From contig CAWKBC010000029.1 in assembly GCA_963847705.1 (NCBI GenBank), positions 1 through 64,000 of the forward strand: DNA of 64,000 nt, in the 5' to 3' direction. Origin of the DNA: an uncultured Pseudomonadota bacterium. GTDB lineage: Bacteria > Myxococcota_A > Polyangia > Fen-1088. Under the pieces are notes generated by a model. That model had not been told where the DNA came from and made no database searches. It was given only the letters and a program-made list of their open reading frames with translations. Made by a program: the position numbers and the translations under genes. Positions 10,211 through 20,328 of the stretch are shown one piece after another (within the stretch, counting starts at the first letter, position 1; the number at the start of each line of letters is the position of its first letter).

Positions 10211-10615
10211 TCAATTCCCCTGTCCGTAGCACTGGATGAACGACGGGTTGCAGGGGCGAACGTCGCCGCCGTTGAGCGAGTGATAGAGCGCGGTGCCGCC
10301 GAAGAACAGGACCGCGGCGCCGACCAAGATGCCGCCGGTCACCGCCCAGAACTGCCACTTCTGGTAGAAGGCCTCGTCACCCGCCTGGCTCTTCTTGGCA
10401 GCATCGGCTGGCGTCGCAGCCAGCAGCGATTTGTCCTTGGGCTTGTCGGTGTCCTCCACCTGAGGCGCGTCGGGGGCCGCCGCCTTCGGCGCCTCGTCGT
10501 CCTCGGCGGCACGGGCCGACCAGGGGGTTCCAACGGAGATCAACAGGATGGAGGCCAGAAGAGCCAGGCCAACTCCTACCCGAGGCCCGTGGGACCTCTT
10601 TCGGCGGGGCAGCAT
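10211..10615 (-). CDS. Small exported protein with C-terminal FYQKWQFW-TM segment
   Basis: Signal peptide ending ARA; acidic linker; aromatic motif + TM helix; TAATAT -10 box 6 nt before ATG. Confidence 0.7.
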   Translation of the reverse strand: MLPRRKRSHGPRVGVGLALLASILLISVGTPWSARAAEDDEAPKAAAPDAPQVEDTDKPKDKSLLAATPADAAKKSQAGDEAFYQKWQFWAVTGGILVGAAVLFFGGTALYHSLNGGDVRPCNPSFIQCYGQGN

Positions 10616-10792
10616 GGGCGCATATTACACAAGCCCGTCGGACTTGGTAGTCCCGGGTCATTCAGATCGAGGAACCGGCTCGTGGGCGCGCCGTGGCGAT
10701 CTGGTCGGCGCGCGCCGTCGGGGCTGCCGACTCGCGCCATCGGGCTTGCAGAGAAACGCCAGGTGCTTAGCTTCGCTGCCTGGAGGAATTCA

Positions 10793-11065
10793 ATGGCGAA
10801 GTCCAATCGAGCTGGCGCCGGAGCGCGTCCGGGCCAAGACGAGATCGCGCGGCGGGCGTACGAGCTTTTCCTTCAGCGCGGCTCGGTGCCGGGGCACGAA
10901 ACCGACGACTGGCTGCAGGCCGAGGCTGAATTGTCGGCGCGGGCCGGGGACAACGAGCGCGAGGACCGCCCTGTCTCCACGCCCACGCAGCGGCGTCCGG
11001 CGGAGAGCGCCAGCCGGCGGCGCGAGCCGGGGGCGGCCAGCGGCCGCCGAACGCTCCGCCAGTAG
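10793..11065 (+). CDS. DUF2934 domain protein
   Basis: GGAGG RBS; EIARRAYELFLQRGSVPGHETDDWLQAEAEL signature. Confidence 0.85.
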   Translation: MAKSNRAGAGARPGQDEIARRAYELFLQRGSVPGHETDDWLQAEAELSARAGDNEREDRPVSTPTQRRPAESASRRREPGAASGRRTLRQ

Positions 11066-11140
11066 CTCGATCGCCGGCCAGACGATGGCGGGGGGCCTTG
11101 TCACCTCGGCCGGTCCCTGCAACTCTACCTGTCAACGCCC

Positions 11141-12689
11141 ATGGGTGGAGAAACCAAGCTCTCGGGTCCAGATTCTGGCGGCCGGCATTCCAGAGACCGA
11201 CGTTCCGGCCGAGGGGCCGCTGCTCGGCCAGGCGAACGGCGAGTCGGTGCTGCTGGTCCGGAACGGCGAGGAGATCTTCGCCGTCGGCGCGACCTGCACC
11301 CACTACGGCGGTCCGCTGGCGGAGGGACGCGTGGTCGACGGGACGATCCGTTGCCCCTGGCACCACGGCTGCTTCGATCTCCGCACGGGCGCGGTGCTGC
11401 GCTCGCCGCCGCTGAATCCCCTCCCCTGTTACGACGTCGAGCGCGCCGGCGGAAAGATCCGGGTCGCCGGCCGGCGCGGTGATCCGCTCAGCTTGCGGCG
11501 TGAATCGTCGCTGCGGACCATCGCCATCGTGGGCGCCGGGGCAGCCGGCGAGTCCGCGGCGGAGACGCTGCGTCGAGAGGGCTACGACGGGGAGATCCTG
11601 CTCTTCGGCGCCGACGAGGCCCCGCCGGTCGATCGGCCCAACCTGTCGAAGGACTACCTGGCCGGCAGCGCTCAAGAGGAATGGATGCCGCTGCGGCCCC
11701 CTTCCTTCTTCGGGGAACAGAAGATCGCGCTGGCGCTCGGATCCCGGGTGGCGGCGATCGATCCGACCGCCAAGAAGCTCTCGCTGGAGGATGGCCGCGA
11801 GGTCTCCTGGGACGCGCTCCTCTTGGCGACCGGCGCCGATCCGCTCCGCCCGTCGCTGCCGGGCGCCGAGCTGCCGCACGTCCACACGCTGCGCACGCTG
11901 GCCGACAGCCGCGCCATCATCGCCGGCGCCAGCCGGGCCAAGCGGGCGGTGGTGATCGGTGCCAGCTTCATCGGGATGGAGGTGGCGGCGTCGCTGCGGG
12001 CGCGCGAGCTCACGGTCGAGGTGGTGGCGCCCGAGCAGATCCCGTTCACGAGATCGCTCGGGCCCGAGCTGGGTGGCCTCTTGCGCGGCGTGCACGAGGA
12101 GCACGGCGTCCGCTTCCACCTCGGTCAGCGGGTGGCGCGCATCGAGGCCAGCGCCGTCGTGCTGGAGAGCGGCGAGCGGATCACCGCCGATCTCGTGGTG
12201 CTGGGGGTCGGCGTCCAACCGGCGGTCGCCCTGGCCCAGGCGGCCGGCCTCACCATCGACCGCGGGGTGGTGGTCGACAATCGGCTGCGGACCAGCGCGC
12301 CCGGCGTGTTCGCCGCCGGCGACATCGCCCGGTTCCCCTACGCACCGACCGGCGAGGCGGTGCGCATCGAGCACTGGGCCGTGGCCCAGCGGATGGGGCG
12401 GCTGGCGGCGCTCAACATTCTGGGACGAGACCTTCCCTTCGTCTCGCCGCCCTTCTTCTGGAGCACCCAGTTCGACGTGACGATCAACTACGTCGGCCAC
12501 GCCGAGAGCTGGGACCGGATCGACGTCGCCGGCGACCTCGCGAAGCGGGACGCCACCCTCGCCTACCGCCGGGGCGGACAGACGCTGGCGGTCGTCACGC
12601 TCGGACGCGACCTCACCAGCCTCGACGCCGAGGTGGCCTTCGAGCGCAACGATCAGGCGGCGCTGGGCGCGTTCGGCCGCACCCGCTGA
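11141..12689 (+). CDS. Rieske [2Fe-2S] + FAD/NAD-dependent oxidoreductase fusion (AIF-like/ferredoxin reductase); +1 frameshift near 11173
   Basis: MGGETKLSGPD joins LAAGIP.. after removing one T from GATTCTG (11171-11177); Rieske CTHYGGPL..CPWHHGCF; GAGAAG, RPNLSKDYL, ATGA, GASFIGME, AAGD, RIEHW. Confidence 0.88.
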
Positions 12690-12694
12690 GGGCC

Positions 12695-13957
12695 ATGAAG
12701 CGGGCTCCCGCGGCCGTCGCGGCGGCGGTCGCGGCCGGCGCCTGGTTCACGGTGCGTTCGCTGCAACAGGACTTCGCCGCTTACTGGATCGCGGCCAGCG
12801 CGCGCCGGCTGGGGCTGGATCCGTACGTCAATCAGGTCGGGTCGGCCCTCGCCCCGACGCTCTGGGACGGCGTCGCCCTCTTCCGCCACAGCCGGTTCCT
12901 CTATCCGCCGCTGGTCGCCGATCTCTTTCGGCCGTTGGCCCGGCTGCCGTATCTGGCGGCGAAGGGGCTCTTCACCGCGGCGATGCTCGCCGCCTGGGTC
13001 GGGGCCGGGCTGCTCGTTTCCAACCGGGGGAGATCGGAAGCCCGGCACGAGCGCACCGTCTTCTTCCTGGCCAGCGCGCTCTTCTTCCCGTTCTACCGGC
13101 ACCTCGAGCGCGGCCAGATCGATCTCTTGCTCCTGCTCCTGCTGACGATCGCCTGGCGGTCGCGGGAGCGGGCACAACCCTGGGCGGCGGGCGCAGCGCT
13201 GGCGGCGGCGATGGCGTTCAAACCGGCGCTCGCAGGGCTCCTTCCCGTGGTCTGGGCCGGCGGGCGGAGGCGGGTCGTTCTGGCGGCCCTCGGCGCGGGG
13301 GCAGCGCTCGTCGGGTTGACCGAGCTCGTCGACGGACCGGCTCGCGTCGCCGAGTACGCGCGCGAGGTGCTGCCGCGGGCCGCGCTCTACGGCGAAGGGG
13401 GAACCGAAGAGATGCTGCTGCCGGCGGCGCGCTTCGAGGCCGTGAACCAGGAGCCTGGGGTGAGCGAAGCCGACGGAACCACCTGCCTCGACGGGCGGCG
13501 CTACCGGACGGCCATCGGAGACGCGCCGGCAGCGGCCAGCCTGCCGCGTCTGCTGGCGCCCGATGCGCCGACGCCCGCCAGCGCGCGCCTCCCGTTCCTG
13601 TTGGCGATCGGCGGGCTCACGCTGATGGCCCGCCGACTGCGCGCGCGTGATGAGGCGACCAGGGCGGCGCTGCTGTTCTGGGCGACGGCCGTCGCCTGCG
13701 TCGTCACCTCGCCGGCGGGGTGGGTGATGGGGCTGGTGCTGGCGCTGCCGCTCGCGCCGGGGATCGCCAGGCTGGTCCGGGAAGGGCGCCTGTCGCGTGG
13801 GCCCGCCGCCGCGGTGGCCGTCGCCTGGATCGCCGTCGCGCTGCCGGCGCCGGTCGAGGGCTGGCCGGCGCTGGCGGGCGCCGCCCTGATCGTCGCCACG
13901 GTTGTCGCTGCGCGCTCGGCGGGCCGCGCCCTCCCACCGCCCGGGGTGCCGACATGA
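12695..13957 (+). CDS. Glycosyltransferase family 87 (DUF2029)-like GT-C membrane protein
   Basis: QDFAAYW, FLYPPLVA..LF.PL, GQIDLLLL, AFKP motifs; multiple TM helices. Confidence 0.8.
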   Translation: MKRAPAAVAAAVAAGAWFTVRSLQQDFAAYWIAASARRLGLDPYVNQVGSALAPTLWDGVALFRHSRFLYPPLVADLFRPLARLPYLAAKGLFTAAMLAAWVGAGLLVSNRGRSEARHERTVFFLASALFFPFYRHLERGQIDLLLLLLLTIAWRSRERAQPWAAGAALAAAMAFKPALAGLLPVVWAGGRRRVVLAALGAGAALVGLTELVDGPARVAEYAREVLPRAALYGEGGTEEMLLPAARFEAVNQEPGVSEADGTTCLDGRRYRTAIGDAPAAASLPRLLAPDAPTPASARLPFLLAIGGLTLMARRLRARDEATRAALLFWATAVACVVTSPAGWVMGLVLALPLAPGIARLVREGRLSRGPAAAVAVAWIAVALPAPVEGWPALAGAALIVATVVAARSAGRALPPPGVPT

Positions 13958-15999
13958 TCGTCCTCGGTCTTTCGTTCGGCCTGCTGGCCATCGCCGGCCT
14001 TTGCCTCGCACGCGCCACCGGCTCGCCGGACGAATCGCGCGCCACCCGGGCGGTCCGGGTGATCCTCTGGGCGTTCGCGAGCCTGGTCATCGTCGAGGCA
14101 ACGCTCGGGGCGTGTGGACGGCTCGACGCGTGGAGCACGCTGGCCGCGCTGGCGATCATCGCCCTGGCGCTGGCGATCGGAACGCGCCGGCGCGCGGACG
14201 CCGGGCCCGGGCGCGCCGACGCCGGGCCCGGGCGCGAGCCGTCGAGCGTCCTCGACGTCGCCTGCGGCTTCGCTCTGGCGGCCCTGGTCCTGCTGCGCGC
14301 CTGGAGTGGGGTTGGCAAGACGACCTTCCTCTACGACACGCTCTCGTACCATCTGCACGTACCGGCGACCTGGCTCGCCGACCACCGGCTGGAGATCGTC
14401 CCGGCCGTCTTCGGCGATCCGTCTTCGGCCTACGCGCCTTCGAACCTCGAGCTCTGGTTCGCGTTCTTGATGGCGCCGCTTCACTCCGATGACCTCGCCG
14501 GCACGGGCCAGGTCGCCTTTGCCGCGCTCGCCGGGCTGGCCATCGTGGCCGCTGTGCGCGAGGCGGGCGGCCGACGAACGGCGGCGCTCGCGGCGGCGCT
14601 TGCCTTCCTTCTCGTCCCCGAGGTCTGGCAGCAGGCGCGAACGGCGATGACCGATCTCGGCCTTGCCGCGCTTCTGCTGGCCTCGCTCCCGTTCAGTCTT
14701 CGTGCCGCGCGCCGGGCCAGCGCGGGCGAGCTCACGACTGCGGCCGCCGCGCTCGGGCTCGCCGTGGGGACGAAGTACGTCGGCCTCCCGCTCGCCCTGC
14801 CCTTCGCGTTCGTCGCCGCGCTCTCGGCAACGGAGAGGCGCTCGCCCTCAGGCCCGACGTCGTGGTGGCAGTCGCCGTGGGCCCTTTGGGCGGCAGCGGT
14901 CGCCGTCGTCTTCGCGACCGGGGGGTTCTGGTACCTGCGCAACGCGCTCGCGACCGGCAATCCATTCTATCCGGTGGCGACGCTCGGGTTTCCCGGCCTC
15001 ACCGATCGCGCGGCGATGCGCGGCTGGATCTATCACCTGCCGGTCGGACAGCTCGGCGCCCTCGGCGAGATGATCGGCGCGGCGGGGTTCGGATTCGTGC
15101 TCGCCGCGGCGGTGACCGTGCTCTGGTGGCGCCTGCGGCTGGAGGCCGGGCTCCTGCTCGCGCTGGTCGCGGTCTTCTGGCTCTGGATTCCCTATCAGGA
15201 GAGCCGGTTCCTGTTCCCCGCCTTCGGCGTGGCGGCGGTGGCGCTCGGGCGAGCGTCTGGCCGGGTGACCCGGCCGGCGACCGAACCGGCGACCGAACCG
15301 CCATCGGCACCGCTCGACTGGCGCCTGGGCGTCGTGCTGATCGGTCTCGTCGAGTATTCGACCCCCGAGCGATGGCTGATCGTTCCGCTCGGCGCGCTCG
15401 GCGCGGCGACGGCCGCGGGCTGGCGCCAGCTTTCGGTGCCCTCGCGGCTGCCGCGCCGCTCGCTGCCGACCCTCGCGCTCGGCACCCTGCTGGTGGCCGC
15501 CGGCGTCACGCTCGCGCTCGGGCTCGAACGTCACCGCGCGCGCGATCCGGGCTACGCCGTCGGCAGCGGGCTCGACGACGCCTGGGTCTGGTTTCGCGGC
15601 CACGTGCACGGCGCGCGCGTGGCCTACACCGGCACGAACCTCGCCTTTCCGCTGGCCGGACGCGAGCTCGCGAACCGGGTCACCTATGTCAACGTCGCCG
15701 GCGCCCCCGGCGATCGGCTCCACGACTTCGGGCGGCGCCTGCCGCCGCCCGGGCGCGCCGCCAACCCCGAGTCGGCCCCCTACCGCGACGGCGCCAGCTT
15801 CGACGTCTGGTGGCGCAACCTGCGCGCGGCGCAGGCGGAGGTGCTGTTCGTCGCCGCGCTCGACGAGATCGTCGCCCGCAACGTCGCCGCCGACGGCGAC
15901 GGGTTCCCCGTGGAGCGCGCCTGGGCCGACGCCCACCCCGCACAGTTTCACCTGCGCTACGCCTCGCCCGACGCCCGCGTCTACGGGATCGCGCCGTGA
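13954..15999 (+). CDS. Polytopic membrane protein, ArnT/PMT-like GT-C glycosyltransferase candidate
   Basis: ATGA overlap; YDTLSYHL..PATW, YAPSNLEL, AMTDL, GTKY, WYLRNALATGNPFYP, ESRFLFP. Confidence 0.7.
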   Translation: MIVLGLSFGLLAIAGLCLARATGSPDESRATRAVRVILWAFASLVIVEATLGACGRLDAWSTLAALAIIALALAIGTRRRADAGPGRADAGPGREPSSVLDVACGFALAALVLLRAWSGVGKTTFLYDTLSYHLHVPATWLADHRLEIVPAVFGDPSSAYAPSNLELWFAFLMAPLHSDDLAGTGQVAFAALAGLAIVAAVREAGGRRTAALAAALAFLLVPEVWQQARTAMTDLGLAALLLASLPFSLRAARRASAGELTTAAAALGLAVGTKYVGLPLALPFAFVAALSATERRSPSGPTSWWQSPWALWAAAVAVVFATGGFWYLRNALATGNPFYPVATLGFPGLTDRAAMRGWIYHLPVGQLGALGEMIGAAGFGFVLAAAVTVLWWRLRLEAGLLLALVAVFWLWIPYQESRFLFPAFGVAAVALGRASGRVTRPATEPATEPPSAPLDWRLGVVLIGLVEYSTPERWLIVPLGALGAATAAGWRQLSVPSRLPRRSLPTLALGTLLVAAGVTLALGLERHRARDPGYAVGSGLDDAWVWFRGHVHGARVAYTGTNLAFPLAGRELANRVTYVNVAGAPGDRLHDFGRRLPPPGRAANPESAPYRDGASFDVWWRNLRAAQAEVLFVAALDEIVARNVAADGDGFPVERAWADAHPAQFHLRYASPDARVYGIAP

Positions 16000-17987
16000 C
16001 CGCCAGGCGCGGCCCGGAGCTGGCGGCGCTGGCCGCGTTGCTGTTGTTTGTCGCCGGCCGCTGCCTGGTCCCGATGGACGAGACCGATCTCTTCTTCAAC
16101 CTGCGGCTCGGCGACATCATCCTCGGGCAGCACGCCGTTCCGCGCACGAACCTGCTCTCCTTCACCTGCCCCGAGGCGCGCGATCTGAACCTGGCCTGGC
16201 TGTTCCAGATCGTCCTCGCGCTCGCCTACCGCGCGGGCGGAATCGCGGGGACGGTGCTGCTGAAGACGACGTTCGTGCTGGCGACCTGGGCGCTGCTCTT
16301 TCGCGTGGCGCTCCGGCGGGGCGCGCACCCGGCCGCGGCCGCGGCGGCGCTGGCGCTGGCGGCCTGGGCGGCCGAGCCGCGCTTCGTCGAGCGCCCGCAC
16401 CTCTGCACCTTCCTCGGTCTCGCCTACTTGCTGCTGGCGCTGGAGCGCGCCGAGGCCGGGCGCCCGCGGGCGCTCCTCGCGCTCGTCCCGCTGGCGCTCG
16501 TCTGGGCCAACGCCAACTCCTGCTTCTTCCTGGCCCCCGCCCTGCTCGCGCTCTACGCGGCCGGCGCCGCCATCGATCGACGGTCGGTCGAGGCCAGGCG
16601 CGCGGCGCTCCTCGCGCTGCTGCTCGTGCCGTTCATCTTCGCCACCCCCTCGGGCGCGGGCGCCCTCTCCTACATCGCCAACCACTGGCGAATGCCCTGG
16701 CTGCGGCCGCTGCAGGAATATCGCGCGGCGACCTGGCCGCTCGACGGGCCGTTCTTCTTCGTCGCCGCCGGCGTTCTGCTGGCGACGGCGCTCCCCGGTC
16801 GGCGCTGGCGCTCTGTCCTTCCGGCGCTGGCGCTGGGGCTCCTCGGCGCGCGGCGCATCCGCTTCGTCGCTGAATTTTCGATCCTGGGCGGTCCGATCGT
16901 GGCGGTCGCGCTGACCGAGCTCGCGCGGCGCGCGACCGCGCGGCTGCGGCCGCCGGCCGCACTCTACGCGACCGTGGCGGTCACAGCCGCGTTGCTCGGT
17001 CTGACGCTGACGCCCCGGATCGCCGCCGCCCGCCAGGGGGAGCCCTTCCTCGACCTCGGCCTCGAGCCTGATCTGATCCCGGCGGCGGCGATCCGTTTCG
17101 TCGACGACAACGGCCTCGGCGGCCGGATGTACAACGACCTCGAGGTCGGCTCCTACCTGACCTGGCACTGGGGCGCTCGCCACCAAGTCTTCCAGGACCC
17201 CCGCATCAACAGCTATCCGGCGGCGTTTCACGCGACCCTTCGCCGCGACGATCTGTCGCGCGCCGAATGGCAGGCGTTCCTGACCGGCTTCGGCGTCACC
17301 ACGGCGCTGGTCAGCTATCCCGATCTCAACCCGCGCGCGGCGCTGTTCGATCCGGCGCGCTGGGCACTGGTCTACCGTGACGCCGAGGCGCTGGTCTTCG
17401 CGGCCCGGCTTCCCGACTTCGCGACCCTCATCGCGGGCGATGAGATTCCGATGACGTTCACCTTCGCTCGCGGTGCCGGCGTCACCGCGCAGGCGATGGA
17501 GGCGCGTCCGGCCGGATCGCCCGTGGCCGGCTGCGTCTGGGACAAACGTCGCGGCGACGTCCTCCTGGACCTCGGTGACGAGGCCCGTGCCCGCGAGGCC
17601 TACGTCGCCGCTGCCCAGGTCCCTGGCTGCCTCGACCCCGCTGCGCGAACCGCCGTCGCGATCGCGCGCGGCGATCTGGCGCTCAAGAACGGCGACGCGT
17701 CCGCCGCCGTCGAGGCGTACGCCGGCCTCACCGAGCCTCGCGCCCGCGCCAACCGCGGCCTGGCCCTGCTGGCGCTGCGGCGCGCGCGCGAGGCCGAGGT
17801 CGAGCTCTCCGCCGCGCTGGCGGCCGAGCCCGACCAGCCCGAGGCGCGCCTGGCGCTGGGCTTCGCCCTCGAGGCGCTGGGCCGGACCTCCCAGGCGATC
17901 GCGGCGTTCCGCGCCTTTCTCGTCCTGGCGCCCCAGCATCCCGCCGCCGCCCGCGCGCGTGCCGAGCTCGAACGTCTCCGGCGGTGA
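15996..17987 (+). CDS. Polytopic membrane protein (GT-C-like) with C-terminal TPRs
   Basis: GTGA overlap; ETDLFFNLRLG..LLSFT..WLFQ, ERPH, WANANS, MYNDLEVGSYL, FQDPR; TPR-like C-terminus (ARLALGFALEALG..FLVLAPQHP). Confidence 0.7.
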   Translation: MTARRGPELAALAALLLFVAGRCLVPMDETDLFFNLRLGDIILGQHAVPRTNLLSFTCPEARDLNLAWLFQIVLALAYRAGGIAGTVLLKTTFVLATWALLFRVALRRGAHPAAAAAALALAAWAAEPRFVERPHLCTFLGLAYLLLALERAEAGRPRALLALVPLALVWANANSCFFLAPALLALYAAGAAIDRRSVEARRAALLALLLVPFIFATPSGAGALSYIANHWRMPWLRPLQEYRAATWPLDGPFFFVAAGVLLATALPGRRWRSVLPALALGLLGARRIRFVAEFSILGGPIVAVALTELARRATARLRPPAALYATVAVTAALLGLTLTPRIAAARQGEPFLDLGLEPDLIPAAAIRFVDDNGLGGRMYNDLEVGSYLTWHWGARHQVFQDPRINSYPAAFHATLRRDDLSRAEWQAFLTGFGVTTALVSYPDLNPRAALFDPARWALVYRDAEALVFAARLPDFATLIAGDEIPMTFTFARGAGVTAQAMEARPAGSPVAGCVWDKRRGDVLLDLGDEARAREAYVAAAQVPGCLDPAARTAVAIARGDLALKNGDASAAVEAYAGLTEPRARANRGLALLALRRAREAEVELSAALAAEPDQPEARLALGFALEALGRTSQAIAAFRAFLVLAPQHPAAARARAELERLRR

Positions 17988-18089
17988 CCGCTCGTCAGGC
18001 GGCCGTCAGAATTCGAACACCCCGCGGTGGTCCGGCCCGGGCGCCGCTCGTCTTCGGGGCTGGCTTGGACGTTGCTATCTGCCCGCAGG

Positions 18090-18830
18090 ATGAAGGCGTC
18101 CGCGATCGCTCTGGCCGCGTTGCTCCTGTTCGCCGTTCGCCCTGCGATCGCCGCGGACGAGCCGTTGGAGGAGCCGTCCGTCACGAGCCTGCTGCCTGGC
18201 GAGGCCGCGTCGCAGCCTTCGCGAACGTTGGCCGTCCCCGCGCCGACGCCGACGCCGGCGCCGAACCCGGCCCCGGCTGGCGAAGGCGGCCTGATGGTCG
18301 CGCAGATCCTGCTCGGGACGCTCGCCACCGTCGGGACGGGCGCCACCACCACGTTGCTCTTCGGCGGTCTGGACGTCGTACCGTTGGTCTACCTCGGACT
18401 GGCGGTCACCCCGGCCATCGGCAGCGAGACCGTCTGCGCGGTGGGGCGATGGAGCCGCTCGTATGACGGGAGCTGTGCGCCCGCGCTGGTGGGCGGCTAC
18501 CTGGGCGCGATCATCGCCGGGGGCGGCCTGGGGCTCTACCTCGCTTCGATCCACGCCCTCGGGTCCGGACCTGACGGCGAGAGCAACGACCCGATCGCCT
18601 TCCTTCTGGGCGCCGTGCTGGGAGGCACCGTGGGGACGGCGGCCGGCGCCACCATCGGTTGGTATTTCGGCAAGCGCCTGCGCGACGAGGCCCGGGTGAC
18701 CGTGTCGCTCTCCGCGCCACCTCTGCCACCGCCGGCGGCGCTGGCGGCCTGGCCCGAGCTGCGGGCGCGCCCGCTGGCGGCGCCGACCGGACTGACCGTT
18801 GACCTGCCGCTTCTGGCCGTTCGCTTCTGA
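18090..18830 (+). CDS. Hypothetical exported protein with Gly-rich hydrophobic helices and C-terminal Phe
   Basis: MKASAIALAALLLFAVRPAIA signal peptide; ends LLAVRF. Confidence 0.65.
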   Translation: MKASAIALAALLLFAVRPAIAADEPLEEPSVTSLLPGEAASQPSRTLAVPAPTPTPAPNPAPAGEGGLMVAQILLGTLATVGTGATTTLLFGGLDVVPLVYLGLAVTPAIGSETVCAVGRWSRSYDGSCAPALVGGYLGAIIAGGGLGLYLASIHALGSGPDGESNDPIAFLLGAVLGGTVGTAAGATIGWYFGKRLRDEARVTVSLSAPPLPPPAALAAWPELRARPLAAPTGLTVDLPLLAVRF

Positions 18831-18842
18831 GCGAACGGTCGC

Positions 18843-20311
18843 TCAGCCGCCGGCGCGCAGCGCGGTGAGCAGCTTGGTGACGCTCTGCTTGGCGTCCCCG
18901 AACAGCATCAGCGTGTTGTCGTTGTAGACGAGCGGGTTGTCGACGCCCGCGTAGCCGGCCGCCATCCCGCGCTTGAGCATCACGACGCGCGCCGCCTTCC
19001 AGACCTGCAGCACCGGCATGCCGTAGATGGGGCTCCCCGGATCCTCCTCGGCCGAGGGGTTCACGATGTCGTTGGCGCCGATCACCATCACCACGTCGGT
19101 GCTGGGGAAGTCCTCGTTGATCTCGTCCATCTCCTTGACGATGTCGTAGGAGACCGACGCCTCGGCGAGCAGCACGTTCATGTGCCCGGGGAGCCGCCCG
19201 GCGACCGGGTGGATCGCGTAGCGGCACTTGATCCCCTTTTCGATCAGCAGCGAGGAGATCTCCTTCACCGGGTGCTGCGCCTGCGCCACCGCCATTCCGT
19301 AGCCGGGCACGATGATGACGCTGCGCGAGGAGAGCAGCATCTCCGCCACCTGATCGACGGTGGTCTCGTTCACCTTGCCGGCCGGGGCCGCGCTTCCGCC
19401 GGCGGCCGGCTTGGCGCCGCTCTCCGCGCCGAAGCCGCCCAGGATCACGTTCAAGATCGATCGGTTCATCGCCTTGCACATGATGTAGCTGAGGATGGCG
19501 CCCGAGCTGCCGACCAGCGCGCCGGTGATGATCAGCAGATCGTTGGAGAGCATGAAGCCGGCGGCGGCCGCCGCCCAGCCCGAGTAGCTGTTGAGCAGCG
19601 ACACCACGACCGGCATGTCGCCGCCGCCGATGGCCATCACCAGGTGCACGCCCAGCAGGAGCGCGATGCCGGTCATGATCAGCAGCGCCGGCATCCCGGC
19701 GTCGAACAGGCTCATCCCGGGGATGGCCAGGCGACCTCGGCGCGCTGGAAGATCACCCCCAGCGCGACACAGAGGGTGAGCGCGATGACGTTCAGGATGT
19801 GCCGGCCAGGCAAGAGCAGCGGCTTGCTGCCGATCTTGCCGCGCAGCTTGCCGAAGGCGATCACCGAGCCGCTGAAGGTGACGGCGCCGACCAGGATGCC
19901 GACGTAGATCTCCCCCAGGTGCGCGCCGCGGTCGGCCGCCTCGACGCCCGCCGGCTGCAGGTAGGTGGCGATGCCGACCAGGACCGCCGCCGCGCCGACG
20001 AAGCTGTGCAGGATGGCCACCAGCTCGGGCATGGAGGTCATCGCCACCCGCATGGCCAGGAAGGCGCCGATCACGCACCCGATCCCCAGCGCGCCGGCCA
20101 GCACGCCAACGACGGTGGTGTCCGACACGGCCGACGTGCCGTCGCCGGACAGCAACAGCGCCACCGCCGTCATGACCACGGCGACCAGCATGCCGATGAT
20201 GCCGAACCGGTTGCCCTGGCGCGCGCTCTCCTGGGTGGAGAGGCCGCGCAAGCTGAGGATGAACAGCAGGCTGGCGGCGAGGTAGGCGACCGAGCGAATC
20301 GTGATGACCAT
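18843..20311 (-). CDS. pntB: NAD(P)+ transhydrogenase beta subunit; -1 frameshift near 19730
   Basis: [40 protein letters not shown], then in the other frame [55 protein letters not shown]. Confidence 0.93.
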
Positions 20312-20328
20312 GGTTGGGCCCGTTGCCG

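Noticed and set aside
10548-11140. Long N-terminal extension of the Rieske reductase ORF
   Set aside because: Artefact of the frameshift at 11171; the region holds the DUF2934 gene and the true start is ATG 11141
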